From sequence record PQ480333.1: 64,000 nucleotides of DNA. One strand, 5' to 3'. A program made the translations under genes and the position numbers. This DNA comes from Escherichia phage NRG-P0074. Below, piece by piece: positions 18,796 to 28,919 of the stretch. The notes under the pieces were generated by a model that was given only the letters and a program-made list of their open reading frames with translations, had not been told where the DNA came from and made no database searches. The stretch's first letter is position 1; each line of letters opens with the position of its first letter.

Positions 18796-19320
18796 ATGAA
18801 CGCTAAAGATATTTTCAACCTGGTAAATTACAATGACGGTAAATTCAAATCTGAAGCACAAAGCAAGTTCTTTAATGAAGTAGCATGCGGTAACGAGATT
18901 ACCGTTTCTGGAGGAGAGATTTACAAAAGCCGTTGGAACTGGATTGTTATCATCGATTCAGTCGGGATTTTGGAAGTCTATAAAAACACTAACAAAAAAC
19001 GTACTCTTCACTGGAGTCGTGCTACAAACGCAGAGTATCAGGCAAAACGTAAAGCACGTAACATGCCTACTGAGTCTGATATCCAAAACATTAAATCAGA
19101 TATCGAATACTACAACAATCTGATTGCAGAACAACAAGCAGTTATTGACAAGTTCGACGAAATCAAAGCTTGTCGTGAGATTCCTGATTTTATGAAGGAA
19201 TCGGTAAACGAACAATATGCCCTCACTTCAGGTCGTATTAAAACTTATACGGAACAACGAGCAGAACGCCAAGCACTTCTTCGGAAATTTGAAGAACGTT
19301 TAAAGACGGTTCACGCATAA
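18796..19320 (+). CDS. hypothetical protein
   Basis: 174 aa ORF. Confidence 0.5.
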   Translation: MNAKDIFNLVNYNDGKFKSEAQSKFFNEVACGNEITVSGGEIYKSRWNWIVIIDSVGILEVYKNTNKKRTLHWSRATNAEYQAKRKARNMPTESDIQNIKSDIEYYNNLIAEQQAVIDKFDEIKACREIPDFMKESVNEQYALTSGRIKTYTEQRAERQALLRKFEERLKTVHA

Positions 19321-19382
19321 ACGCTTTACCCAAGGACGGGTTATAATGGTTTTGAGTTCCAATTCAATCTGAGGAAATAGTT

Positions 19383-20378
19383 ATGAGCATTACATCTGAT
19401 GCGGTAAAACATGAAATTAACGGTTTATGTGCTTCACAGATTAAAGTGTGGTTTAAAGACCATAATGATCGCAGAGCACTTAATTATGAACAAATTGCTA
19501 TCCAAGTTCATCAATTACTGGTTAGTAAATTTGATTTTCATATGCCGTCTGAAATCTATACTAATCTACCGCGAGCGCTTATTAAAGCATGTAAAGGTTA
19601 CGGAAAATCAATGGCCGATGGAATCTTCAGCGCGCTGAATAAACTTAACGTTCTGTCGATGATTAACTCTAACAATATCCTGCGTAATTTAGGACGTACT
19701 GATTTGTTCGGTCGTGAACAGGGTAAAATGCCTTTGAAATGGATTGTTGCTCATCTTAACGAGAACCAAACACGTTTTCTGGCCGTATCAGCACGTTTAC
19801 AAATGGGCTTAGATCGTCAGATGAACTTTAAAACTCATCCACGTTATTCAGGTTCAACAGACTTTTATAAATGTGAGCTTCAAAAGGTCAGTGGCAAAAC
19901 CGTCTTAGTAGTTCGTGTAACGTTTGAAGGACGACGTCAAGGATATTTTAACCTAATCGGCTCTGGTCTTAAACATTGTGGATTTATCGACGAAGTTGAT
20001 ATCAAGCGAGACGGCACTGGATATCGTATTGGATATGTTTGTACTCTTAAAGAAGAGATTTTAGGACCAGCTCCAGGACTAAAAGACGTTAGATATAAAG
20101 ACGAGCTCGTTGAAGAAATAAAAGAAGTTGAATATGATATCAACCAAGAAGATGCTCTTAAAGACCTTATTGATGAACTGAATCAAGACGTTATTCCGGT
20201 TCAGAAATTTGAATCAAAACATGCTGAGCAAATCAAATACTTTGAAGCTTTGATTAACGAACTTAATGTAACTATTCAACAGACTGACGATGAAATCTCA
20301 CGATTAGCAGGCTTAAACGGTAAAAATAAAACAGAACGAGCTAATCTTATTCAAGTAGTAAAACTTCTTAAGGAATGA
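19383..20378 (+). CDS. hypothetical protein with C-terminal coiled coil
   Basis: 331 aa; own promoter-like TTATAAT upstream. Confidence 0.55.
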   Translation: MSITSDAVKHEINGLCASQIKVWFKDHNDRRALNYEQIAIQVHQLLVSKFDFHMPSEIYTNLPRALIKACKGYGKSMADGIFSALNKLNVLSMINSNNILRNLGRTDLFGREQGKMPLKWIVAHLNENQTRFLAVSARLQMGLDRQMNFKTHPRYSGSTDFYKCELQKVSGKTVLVVRVTFEGRRQGYFNLIGSGLKHCGFIDEVDIKRDGTGYRIGYVCTLKEEILGPAPGLKDVRYKDELVEEIKEVEYDINQEDALKDLIDELNQDVIPVQKFESKHAEQIKYFEALINELNVTIQQTDDEISRLAGLNGKNKTERANLIQVVKLLKE

Positions 20379-20408
20379 TGTACAACCAAGGATGGTTGGA
20401 GTATAATA
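20377..20408 (+). promoter_or_regulatory. early promoter module ACAACCAAGGATGGTTGGAGTATAAT (copy 1)
   Basis: CAACCA/TGGTTG inverted repeat plus TATAAT 20403-20408; near-identical copy at 21394-21428. Confidence 0.5.
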
Positions 20409-20433
20409 AATTTTTCAACATGAGGAATATAAA

Positions 20434-21393
20434 ATGGCTTTTATTACACGTAGAGAACTTATCAAAGAATTTACCTCGAACGCATATACTCCAGGACCTA
20501 ATCCTATCCGTATGCCTGTAAAGACTCCTGAAGAGATTGAGGAAATCTGTTCATATTATGGGATTACTTCTCGTAAGTTTACTCAATTTGAATGCGTTAC
20601 TAACACACCCGTTAAAGAGTTCATTAAAAATGGTGAGTTCAGCCGTTTATTAGCCAAACAGAAACTTCGTAATTTTTGTATTGGTGGTGAAGGACAATAT
20701 TTCGCTAAGCAGTTCCGGAATAACCTTAACAATCTGATGGCCATTGCTTCTCGTATTCGTCCTCAAGCAATTAACATGAAACATTTGAAATATACTTACG
20801 ATAAGTTAGAAATCATGGTTATCAGTGAGAACGAGTTCACTCTTACGTATAAACCTAAGAATGATAACGTTGCTCGTGTATTCCACCAAGCGTTGGAAGT
20901 TTTAGGTGATAATATCCACCAGATTAAAGCAATTTATTCTCGTGAGCTTAATATTATCGACCCTATCAAGAATAAGGGCCATATCGCTATCCAGGCTCGT
21001 GTATCTATTGGTAAAAAGGTTCCTGCGCCATGGTGGCACAAAGACTCTGAATACTATCAAAATCTTAAAAAGGAAAATGCATTGTTTGAAGCATCGCTTA
21101 CTGGGACCCCAATTGAACAGGCCGAAGTCCTAAGTGCTTATTCTACTTCGGGTAAATCAATGTTTAAAGGTTTGCCAAATGTGTGCAAACTGTCTGCAGT
21201 AAAACTAAATGTTTCTAATGACCTTCTTCCGGCCGAAGATTACCGTTACAATCAAATCAAGGCCACTATGGACCAACTGTCTGTTGAACTTGACAAAGCA
21301 CAAGCTAAGCTTCGTGATGCTCAAAGTGTTGTAACGAATCTCCAGTTGCAGTATTCTAAACTTTTTAACGCAATGAATGCGTTAAAATCATAA
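20434..21393 (+). CDS. hypothetical protein with C-terminal coiled coil
   Basis: 319 aa. Confidence 0.55.
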   Translation: MAFITRRELIKEFTSNAYTPGPNPIRMPVKTPEEIEEICSYYGITSRKFTQFECVTNTPVKEFIKNGEFSRLLAKQKLRNFCIGGEGQYFAKQFRNNLNNLMAIASRIRPQAINMKHLKYTYDKLEIMVISENEFTLTYKPKNDNVARVFHQALEVLGDNIHQIKAIYSRELNIIDPIKNKGHIAIQARVSIGKKVPAPWWHKDSEYYQNLKKENALFEASLTGTPIEQAEVLSAYSTSGKSMFKGLPNVCKLSAVKLNVSNDLLPAEDYRYNQIKATMDQLSVELDKAQAKLRDAQSVVTNLQLQYSKLFNAMNALKS

Positions 21394-21428
21394 AATAGTT
21401 TACAACCAAGGATGGTTGGAGTATAATG
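21388..21428 (+). promoter_or_regulatory. early promoter module (copy 2)
   Basis: GTTTAC 21388-21393, CAACCAAGGATGGTTGG, TATAAT 21423-21428. Confidence 0.55.
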
Positions 21429-21455
21429 AATCTATCTTAACGAGAGGAAAATATT

Positions 21456-22406
21456 ATGACACGTTCACATTACATTGAATACTTTGCAGGTCTTATCGCT
21501 AACGTTCATGCCCAACGTGCTTCTGGTGCACTAGGATTTGATGTTCCACACCGAGATGTAGTAAGTGGTATTCTTCGCGATTTTGGTACATACATAGGCC
21601 AAGAAAATCATATCTGTAAAGATACTCAAAATGCGTATTCTCATTCGTTAGGGACGTTGCTTCAATGGTTCAAACGTTCTCGTTTATTATCTTCTACTGT
21701 AGCTCGCGATAACATTAAAAACTTTATGAAGCCGAGCTTTATTAAATCTGTGACATCTAAAACCGATTTGGTTGAATTCACTATTGTTAATGATGTTAAA
21801 AAGACTCATTTGGCTGATTGGTTAACTACCATTCCTGAAACTAAATTTGCTGATAAATTTGCTTGTGAATTCAATAACCAAGTGAATATGCTTTTTAAAC
21901 ATTCTCGTAAATTATTCACAGGCGGCGATGATCGTACAAATACAGTTCATGCTAAAGATTGGGTTACTGCAGTGTTCAAACCAACCGGTAATGGTACCGC
22001 ATCATTATCAATTGATATTCAGGTTCCTTATTATTACTCACGTAATCTCGGCACCATGAAAGCTGAAGAAATTAAGAAGCACAATAAAACCATTCGTTCG
22101 CTGTCTTATAAACTTCGCATGATGTTAAGAATCATGGACGTGGTAGAAATGTATGATGAAACCGAAGATAATGGTTCAATGTTATACAGTTCTCGCATTC
22201 AAATTAAGTTGAAGAACCCTAACGAGTATAAGCCTAAGCCTATTAAAGAGCCTAAAGCAGAAAAAGTTGATAACTTAAGAGAAGAACGCGAATATCTCAA
22301 ATCTCGTCTGAAAGAAGTCGAAGCCCAGATTGCAGAACAAACTAAATCGTTAAAAGCTCTGAATGCGAAAGCGGATGGTTTACGAAATGCCATTGAGGTG
22401 TTATAA
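21456..22406 (+). CDS. hypothetical protein with C-terminal coiled coil
   Basis: 316 aa. Confidence 0.55.
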   Translation: MTRSHYIEYFAGLIANVHAQRASGALGFDVPHRDVVSGILRDFGTYIGQENHICKDTQNAYSHSLGTLLQWFKRSRLLSSTVARDNIKNFMKPSFIKSVTSKTDLVEFTIVNDVKKTHLADWLTTIPETKFADKFACEFNNQVNMLFKHSRKLFTGGDDRTNTVHAKDWVTAVFKPTGNGTASLSIDIQVPYYYSRNLGTMKAEEIKKHNKTIRSLSYKLRMMLRIMDVVEMYDETEDNGSMLYSSRIQIKLKNPNEYKPKPIKEPKAEKVDNLREEREYLKSRLKEVEAQIAEQTKSLKALNAKADGLRNAIEVL

Positions 22407-22711
22407 TGAAACTACGCCTTTTAGAGGATATTGATATGAGCACTAATCACCGCTTGGTTAAGTTTATTGACAATAGTTCAAAGATTGAATTTGTTCAGCG
22501 AGATAAAATCCACGGTGAAGAAGAGTTCGTTCCTCCGGCATGGAACGAAATAATGAAAATGGTTGAACGACGTGAAAATGCTGCCAAATCGGCAGCAAAA
22601 CATCCATGCCCGGAATGTGGAACTATCCAAGTCCAACTGGTTAACTGGACCACTGATAACTTGAAATTGAAATGCCGTAAATGCTTCCACAAATTTGAGA
22701 GAACATTATAA
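22406..22711 (+). CDS. hypothetical zinc-ribbon protein
   Basis: CPECG...CRKC four-Cys motif; ATGA-coupled. Confidence 0.5.
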   Translation: MKLRLLEDIDMSTNHRLVKFIDNSSKIEFVQRDKIHGEEEFVPPAWNEIMKMVERRENAAKSAAKHPCPECGTIQVQLVNWTTDNLKLKCRKCFHKFERTL

Positions 22712-23124
22712 TGAGATATAGCCTTCGTTGTTTTATTGCAGCTTTAGTTTTTGCCATCATTCCATTCATTTGGAACAGCCAGAATACTTACATGGAAACT
22801 AAAGTAATTCCTGTGGAGGTAGTGGAATTAATTTCAGGTCAATCTACAGGAAAATATTCTAAATTAGAATTTATTGCAGTCTATAAAGATGAGCAAGGAC
22901 GAGTTTTTGACAGGCATGTATCACCTTCGTTTTATACGCTTCTGAATAAAGGTGATACGATAGCTATAGAAATTCGTGAGATGGATATCAAACAAACTAC
23001 TAAAGATAACCTGATTTGGTTCTTTGGTACAGTGTTGTTGGTTTCTATCTGTATCACAGGTTTTATTACATGTATTGTATTTGGCATTGCATATTTAATC
23101 GATGAAAGGAAAAATAATGTTTAA
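22711..23124 (+). CDS. hypothetical membrane protein
   Basis: N- and C-terminal hydrophobic helices. Confidence 0.5.
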   Translation: MRYSLRCFIAALVFAIIPFIWNSQNTYMETKVIPVEVVELISGQSTGKYSKLEFIAVYKDEQGRVFDRHVSPSFYTLLNKGDTIAIEIREMDIKQTTKDNLIWFFGTVLLVSICITGFITCIVFGIAYLIDERKNNV

Positions 23125-23380
23125 AGTGTACGGGTATGACTCTACTATTCATAAATGCATTTATTGTGATAATGCGAAACGATTGCTGACTGTTAAGAAA
23201 CAGCCGTTCGAATTCATTAATGTTATGCCAGAAAAAGGTGTTTTTGATGATGAGAAAATTGCTGAGCTTCTGGCTAAGCTTGGACGTGAATCACATGTTG
23301 GATTGACGATGCCTCAGGTGTTTGCTCCTGATGGAACTTCGATCGGTGGCTTTGACCAACTGCGAGAATATTTTAAATGA
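23117..23380 (+). CDS. nrdC: thioredoxin/glutaredoxin NrdC
   Basis: MFKVYGYDSTIHKCIYCDNAKRLL...GGFDQLREYFK matches T4 NrdC as I recall it. Confidence 0.9.
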   Translation: MFKVYGYDSTIHKCIYCDNAKRLLTVKKQPFEFINVMPEKGVFDDEKIAELLAKLGRESHVGLTMPQVFAPDGTSIGGFDQLREYFK

Positions 23381-23733
23381 CATATTCATTAAATCTTAAA
23401 GATTTCCAAGATGTATACGAAGTTTGTGCCAATGAACTTGGTCCTGATGCTCCAACTATTATTGAAGTTTTAAATGTGCTCCCTTCATCATTAGCTTACG
23501 AAGCCAAATCATGGGGTTGGAACGACACTGTCGTTCGTGATGACCTTTACGTCCTGATGAACGATATGATGGTTAAAAAGGCAGAACCGGTTGCACCAAT
23601 GGTTACCATTACCGTTGAAGAATATAATCGCCTGCAAGCCATTGAAGAGCTTCTGTGGAACATTGAATGTGACCTGCCGTCAGGGCTAGAATCCTGGATT
23701 GATTATGAAGAGCTCAATAAACTCCGCGGTTAA
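23377..23733 (+). CDS. hypothetical protein
   Basis: 118 aa coupled ORF. Confidence 0.5.
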   Translation: MTYSLNLKDFQDVYEVCANELGPDAPTIIEVLNVLPSSLAYEAKSWGWNDTVVRDDLYVLMNDMMVKKAEPVAPMVTITVEEYNRLQAIEELLWNIECDLPSGLESWIDYEELNKLRG

Positions 23734-23861
23734 ACCGTGGTATTCGGCTCGATGGGAGACGGTCGAGCCAGACGTCGAAACAGTTTACAACGACGAAGAA
23801 ACGTGTTATGATGGACCTACAGTAAACGATATGATTGATTTGGAAATGGGAAGAGATTATT

Positions 23862-24032
23862 ATGCAAGTTAAATTGTTATACCGTTTATTAAAAAGTGGC
23901 GAACACGATTGGTATGTGTTGATTAAAACTGAACCAAATTTTTTCTCCGGACGACCATTTACGGTTCGACCAACTAAACGTCAGCTTCGCAAAGCGAAAC
24001 GCACGCATCGCAACTTTTATAGAGGATATTGA
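23862..24032 (+). CDS. hypothetical basic protein
   Basis: 56 aa from ATG 23862. Confidence 0.4.
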   Translation: MQVKLLYRLLKSGEHDWYVLIKTEPNFFSGRPFTVRPTKRQLRKAKRTHRNFYRGY

Positions 24033-24033
24033 T

Positions 24034-24459
24034 ATGAATATTTCTGACACACGTGGTAAGTGGTTCAAGATTGTTAAAGATGACGAAGAACTCCAAGATA
24101 AGTTTCCTGAATTAAAGAAAGATACAATCATCAAGGTAATTGGTACTACGACCGAAGATGGTTATGGCGACCATGGCATTATTGAAGTGATGTTGAACAC
24201 TGGTGAGAAACTTTGCATCTATGACCGTGATACTTCTCTTTGGTGCTTCTGGGAATCACATTCAATAGATGAACTTGAAGAAATTGATTCGGCTGATATT
24301 TCGGATGTGCTAGGTAGTAAACTTGGTGAATTCGAAGGTGAACGAATTTCTTATGCATTAGCTAAATTAGCCGGACAAGAAAATAACGACGGCTATGAAG
24401 GTAACCTGATGCAAGCAGCCGCAGAATACATTGAATATTTAGAAAGACGTTTAAGTTAA
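24034..24459 (+). CDS. hypothetical acidic protein
   Basis: 141 aa. Confidence 0.5.
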   Translation: MNISDTRGKWFKIVKDDEELQDKFPELKKDTIIKVIGTTTEDGYGDHGIIEVMLNTGEKLCIYDRDTSLWCFWESHSIDELEEIDSADISDVLGSKLGEFEGERISYALAKLAGQENNDGYEGNLMQAAAEYIEYLERRLS

Positions 24460-24489
24460 TAAATACCCTTATCTATTTAAGGTAAGGGT
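24458..24489 (+). promoter_or_regulatory. late-promoter-like box plus hairpin upstream of gene 49
   Basis: AATAAATA 24458-24465; ACCCTTA 24465-24471 pairs with TAAGGGT 24483-24489 just upstream of ATG 24495. Confidence 0.45.
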
Positions 24490-24494
24490 TTATC

Positions 24495-24968
24495 ATGTTA
24501 TTATCAGGCGCAAAATATAAAGAAGAAAAACAAAAATTTTATGATGCACAGAATGGTAAGTGTCCTATTTGCCACCGTGAATTAGACCCTGATGTTCAAG
24601 GTAACCATCTTGACCACGACCACGAATTAAACGGGCCAAAAGCCGGTAGAGTTCGTGGATTACTCTGTAATCTGTGCAACGCAGCAGAAGGTCAAATGAA
24701 GCATAAGTTCAACCGTTCCGGTCTTAAAGGACGTGATGTTGACTACCTCGAATGGCTTGAAGCTCTTCTTGCTTATTTGAAACAAGATTATTCTGATAAT
24801 AATATCCATCCTAATTTTGTTCCAGACAAAACTAAAGAGTTCTCAAGACTAGGTAAAGAGGAAATGATGGCTGAGATGCTTCAAAGAGGATTTGAATATA
24901 ATGAATCTGACACCAAAACACAGTTAATAGCTTCATTTAAGAAGCAACTTAGAAAGAGTTTAAAATGA
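24495..24968 (+). CDS. 49: endonuclease VII (Holliday junction resolvase) gp49
   Basis: MLLSGAKYKEEKQKFYDAQNGKCPICHRELDPDVQGNHLDHDHELNG... matches T4 endo VII as I recall it. Confidence 0.95.
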   Translation: MLLSGAKYKEEKQKFYDAQNGKCPICHRELDPDVQGNHLDHDHELNGPKAGRVRGLLCNLCNAAEGQMKHKFNRSGLKGRDVDYLEWLEALLAYLKQDYSDNNIHPNFVPDKTKEFSRLGKEEMMAEMLQRGFEYNESDTKTQLIASFKKQLRKSLK

Positions 24969-26782
24969 AAATTGAAAAAGAAATTGAAGGATTAATTTAT
25001 AAAACTAATAAAGATCTTTTGAACGAGAATGCTAATAAAGATTCTCGTGTTTTTCCAACTCAACGGGACCTTATGGCTGGTATTGTGTCTAAGCACATTG
25101 CCAAAAATATGGTCCCGTCTTTTATTATGAATGCGCATGAAAGCGGAATCATTCACATGCATGATATTGATTATTCTCCTGCTCTTCCGTTTACCAATTG
25201 CTGTTTAGTCGATTTAAAGGGGATGCTTGAGAATGGATTTAAGCTAGGTAATGCACAGATTGAAACTCCTAAATCAATTGGCGTTGCTACTGCAATTATG
25301 GCACAAATTACCGCACAGGTTGCTTCACACCAGTATGGCGGAACTACATTTGCGAATGTAGATAAAGTACTTTCTCCTTATGTTAAACGCACCTATGCAA
25401 AACATATTGAGGATGCAGAAAAATGGCAAATCGCTGATGCGTTGAATTATGCTCAATCCAAAACAGAAAAAGATGTCTATGACGCATTTCAAGCTTATGA
25501 GTATGAAGTAAATACTCTCTTTAGTTCAAACGGACAAACTCCTTTTGTAACAATTACATTTGGTACGGGAACTGACTGGACTGAACGAATGATTCAGAAA
25601 GCAATTCTGAAAAATCGTATTAAAGGTCTTGGTCGTGATGGGATAACTCCTATTTTCCCTAAGCTTGTTATGTTCATTGAAGAAGGTGTTAATCTTTATA
25701 AAGACGATCCAAACTATGATATTAAACAACTTGCGTTAGAATGTGCAAGCAAAAGAATGTATCCTGACGTTATTTCGGTTAAGAATAATAAAGCTATTAC
25801 CGGTTCTTCAGTTCCAGTTTCTCCAATGGGCTGCCGTAGTTTCTTGAGTGTATGGAAAGATTCAACCGGTAATGAAATTCTTGATGGACGTAATAATCTC
25901 GGTGTTGTAACACTGAATCTTCCTCGCATCGCGTTAGATTCTTATATTGGAACACAGTTCAATGAACAGAAATTTGTTGAATTATTCAATGAACGAATGG
26001 ATCTGTGTTTTGAAGCCTTGATGTGTAGAATTAGTTCCTTAAAAGGAGTTAAAGCAACTGTTGCTCCTATTCTTTACCAAGAAGGTGCATTCGGGGTTCG
26101 TCTTAAACCTGATGACGATATAATTGAGTTATTTAAAAACGGTAGAAGTTCAGTGTCCCTAGGATACATTGGTATTCACGAATTGAATATTCTTGTCGGT
26201 CGTGATATTGGACAGGAAATTTTAACTAAAATGAATGCTCGTCTTAAGCAGTGGACCGAAAGAACCGGTTTTGCTTTTAGTTTATATTCTACTCCTGCCG
26301 AAAACTTGTGTTATCGTTTCTGTAAACTCGACACAGAAAAATATGGAAGTATAAAGGATGTCACTGATAAAGGCTGGTACACTAATAGTTTCCATGTTTC
26401 AGTAGAAGAAAATATTACTCCGTTTGAAAAGATTTCTCGTGAAGCGCCATATCATTTCATAGCGACCGGCGGTCATATTTCTTATGTTGAACTTCCTGAT
26501 ATGAAAAATAACTTAAAAGGACTTGAGGCTGTATGGGATTATGCTGCACAACATTTAGATTATTTTGGTGTTAATATGCCAGTAGATAAATGTTTTACAT
26601 GCGGAAGTACCCATGAAATGACTCCTACTGAAAACGGATTTGTTTGTTCAGTTTGTGGAGAAACTGATCCTAAAAAGATGAACACAATAAGAAGAACGTG
26701 TGGTTATTTGGGAAATCCGAACGAGCGCGGATTTAATCTAGGCAAAAATAAAGAAATCATGCATAGGGTTAAACACCAATGA
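24965..26782 (+). CDS. nrdD: anaerobic ribonucleoside-triphosphate reductase NrdD
   Basis: 605 aa; C-terminal Zn ribbon and glycyl radical motif RRTCGYLG. Confidence 0.95.
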   Translation: MKIEKEIEGLIYKTNKDLLNENANKDSRVFPTQRDLMAGIVSKHIAKNMVPSFIMNAHESGIIHMHDIDYSPALPFTNCCLVDLKGMLENGFKLGNAQIETPKSIGVATAIMAQITAQVASHQYGGTTFANVDKVLSPYVKRTYAKHIEDAEKWQIADALNYAQSKTEKDVYDAFQAYEYEVNTLFSSNGQTPFVTITFGTGTDWTERMIQKAILKNRIKGLGRDGITPIFPKLVMFIEEGVNLYKDDPNYDIKQLALECASKRMYPDVISVKNNKAITGSSVPVSPMGCRSFLSVWKDSTGNEILDGRNNLGVVTLNLPRIALDSYIGTQFNEQKFVELFNERMDLCFEALMCRISSLKGVKATVAPILYQEGAFGVRLKPDDDIIELFKNGRSSVSLGYIGIHELNILVGRDIGQEILTKMNARLKQWTERTGFAFSLYSTPAENLCYRFCKLDTEKYGSIKDVTDKGWYTNSFHVSVEENITPFEKISREAPYHFIATGGHISYVELPDMKNNLKGLEAVWDYAAQHLDYFGVNMPVDKCFTCGSTHEMTPTENGFVCSVCGETDPKKMNTIRRTCGYLGNPNERGFNLGKNKEIMHRVKHQ

Positions 26783-27249
26783 ATTATGATAGATTTTATC
26801 CTTGCGGTTTTGTGAATGGCCCTGGTTGCAGGGTCGTTCTTTTCGTTACAGGGTGTTTGCATAAATGCGAAGGGTGTTATAATAAATCAACATGGAATGC
26901 TAGAAATGGTATTCCATTCACTGGTGAAACACTAGAACAATTAATTGAATGTTTGAATAATGATTATATAGAAGGATTAACTATAACTGGAGGAGACCCT
27001 CTCTATCCTGATAACAGAGATGTGATTCACTCTGTGGTTCAAACTATTAAAAATCTTTATCCCAATAAAAGCATTTGGTTGTGGACAGGATATAAGTTTG
27101 AAGATATTAAACAGCTAGAAATGCTTAAATATGTTGATGTTATTATTGATGGGAAGTATGAGAAAAATCTTCCGACTAAAAAGCTGTGGCGAGGATCAGA
27201 TAATCAGCGACTTTGGTCAAATACCGATGGGGTGTGGAAACATGATTAA
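26779..27249 (+). CDS. nrdG: anaerobic RNR activating enzyme NrdG (radical SAM)
   Basis: CxxxCxxC cluster motif GCLHKCEGCYN; ATGA-coupled to nrdD. Confidence 0.9.
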   Translation: MNYDRFYPCGFVNGPGCRVVLFVTGCLHKCEGCYNKSTWNARNGIPFTGETLEQLIECLNNDYIEGLTITGGDPLYPDNRDVIHSVVQTIKNLYPNKSIWLWTGYKFEDIKQLEMLKYVDVIIDGKYEKNLPTKKLWRGSDNQRLWSNTDGVWKHD

Positions 27250-27359
27250 ATTGAATTACATTATGGATACTATAAATGATATGATTTTTCGTTTTGGTCC
27301 AGAATTTTATTCGCAATATAGTTTAGTGCTTATCAATGCTTAGTTAATTAAGGGTAAAT

Positions 27360-27572
27360 ATGTATAAATTTCGTAAAGGTTTAGCTGATTTTCTTACAAC
27401 TGTAACATTCTTTTTGTTTATGGCAGTTGGAGCTATTTTTCTTATTCCTTTTACTGCTGTATTTTTCGTGATTAGTTTAATTTCTCCGGAAAAGGGTTTA
27501 TCCTCCAGCGAATTCAATGAACGTTTGGACAAAATTACTAATAAACTGAATTCTGTTCTTGGCAAGGAATAA
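27360..27572 (+). CDS. hypothetical small membrane protein
   Basis: Two hydrophobic helices; RBS AAGGG; preferred over overlapping minus-strand ORF 27344-27583. Confidence 0.45.
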   Translation: MYKFRKGLADFLTTVTFFLFMAVGAIFLIPFTAVFFVISLISPEKGLSSSEFNERLDKITNKLNSVLGKE

Positions 27573-27574
27573 TT

Positions 27575-27883
27575 GTGGAACACAACAAGATTGAAATTTA
27601 TGGCATCCCTGAAGAAGTAGGACGTTGTCCAGGATGTTATACTGTTACAAAACTTTTAAAGGAGCTCAATGCTCCTTATACATTTTATAAAGTCCTCACT
27701 AATAATGGTAAGATTGAATATGACCGTCCTTTAATCGTATCTCTTGCTAAACGTGCAGGATTCACTTCACTTAATATTCGTTATCCTGTCATATTTTTAA
27801 ATGATAAGAAACAAAAGAATATTGCAGAGTTTAAAAAGTCCTTGATTTCATTAGGATACGACTCTGATATCATAGAAGATTGA
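27575..27883 (+). CDS. nrdH: glutaredoxin-like protein NrdH
   Basis: CPGC redox motif near N-terminus; 102 aa; GTG start. Confidence 0.75.
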   Translation: MEHNKIEIYGIPEEVGRCPGCYTVTKLLKELNAPYTFYKVLTNNGKIEYDRPLIVSLAKRAGFTSLNIRYPVIFLNDKKQKNIAEFKKSLISLGYDSDIIED

Positions 27884-27906
27884 CCAGGTGCCGCCTGGTC
27901 TTCTTT
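27883..27906 (+). terminator. intrinsic terminator
   Basis: ACCAGG-TGCCG-CCTGGT followed by CTTCTTT. Confidence 0.6.
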
Positions 27907-28048
27907 ATCCCATTTCTAATATAATCCATTGGAATCTTCACTTCACTATCTCCTTGTGCCCCTCTCAAATCGAAAATATTTTCATAAAACAGTTTACATC
28001 CTCAATAGACGTGTTAAGATTAAACCATCTACTATAGAGGAAAATAAA

Positions 28049-28231
28049 ATGACAATTGAAGATAAAGAAATTAAGGTTGACCAGTACTATTCCGTCAACG
28101 GTAATGTAGTACAGATAACCAGAGTTTCAAGCCTGGATGTTTGGTACCGTTCAATCAAATATCCAGAAATTGGCGAAATGCTTTGTGACCGTGGTATCTT
28201 CTGTTCAATTGCGAAGGAAATTAAGCCATGA
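28049..28231 (+). CDS. hypothetical protein
   Basis: ATG after early promoter GTTTAC 27994 and RBS AGAGGAAAA. Confidence 0.4.
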   Translation: MTIEDKEIKVDQYYSVNGNVVQITRVSSLDVWYRSIKYPEIGEMLCDRGIFCSIAKEIKP

Positions 28232-28476
28232 TTAGTTTAGATTCAAAGAAAGTTGTTCTAACCCTTAAAGTTAATGACGAGCGACCGGTATTCGTTACCA
28301 TTTCCGATTTGCATGTTGAAATTGCTAATGGCGTCCGTACTTATCAAACGTCTAAAACACATTGGGACTATATCCCGATGTTGACGCTTACTCAGTGTTT
28401 AGAATCAATCGGTCTTAAAGACCTTTCAGTAAGTGAAGTGAATTTTATCAAACGCATTGTATCAATCAACCTCTGA
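28228..28476 (+). CDS. hypothetical protein
   Basis: 82 aa ATGA-coupled ORF. Confidence 0.45.
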   Translation: MISLDSKKVVLTLKVNDERPVFVTISDLHVEIANGVRTYQTSKTHWDYIPMLTLTQCLESIGLKDLSVSEVNFIKRIVSINL

Positions 28477-28483
28477 GGTACTT

Positions 28484-28777
28484 ATGGGTAAAACATATCG
28501 TCGTAAAGATTTGAAAGTTCGCGATTACGACTATTTTGGTAAGCGTAAAGCTCCTGACGGTGTTAGCCACAAAGACATGGTTGAAAACATTTTCCGCTCA
28601 GATAAATGGAAACGTATGAAAGGCGTTGATTCTGAAGTCAAGAATGAAATGAATCGACAACTCCGCAAAGAAGTTCGTAAGTTGAAAAAAGATGTTTACA
28701 GTAAAGAAGATTATGATTATAATACTTCTCATACTGAAGCCAAACGTAAAGCTAACGAATGTTATCGTTACAGTTGA
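28484..28777 (+). CDS. hypothetical basic protein
   Basis: Lys/Arg-rich 97 aa; RBS GAGG. Confidence 0.45.
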   Translation: MGKTYRRKDLKVRDYDYFGKRKAPDGVSHKDMVENIFRSDKWKRMKGVDSEVKNEMNRQLRKEVRKLKKDVYSKEDYDYNTSHTEAKRKANECYRYS

Positions 28778-28784
28778 GGAAATT

Positions 28785-28919
28785 ATGAATATCAAACGAA
28801 TGCTTTTTAAGCAGGGATTATATACTTTAAATGTTAATCCAAAGGGTGACACAACTAAATGGTCTGTAAATGACTGGATTAAGTTCATCGATGAAAATGG
28901 GGCGTGGAACACAAAATGA
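28785..28919 (+). CDS. hypothetical small protein
   Basis: 44 aa; RBS GAGGAAA. Confidence 0.3.
   Translation: MNIKRMLFKQGLYTLNVNPKGDTTKWSVNDWIKFIDENGAWNTK

Noticed and set aside
27344-27583. 79-aa minus-strand ORF between nrdG and nrdH
   Set aside because: The plus-strand 70-aa membrane-protein ORF (27360-27572) in the same interval is co-oriented with all neighbours and has an RBS; the minus-strand frame was judged spurious.
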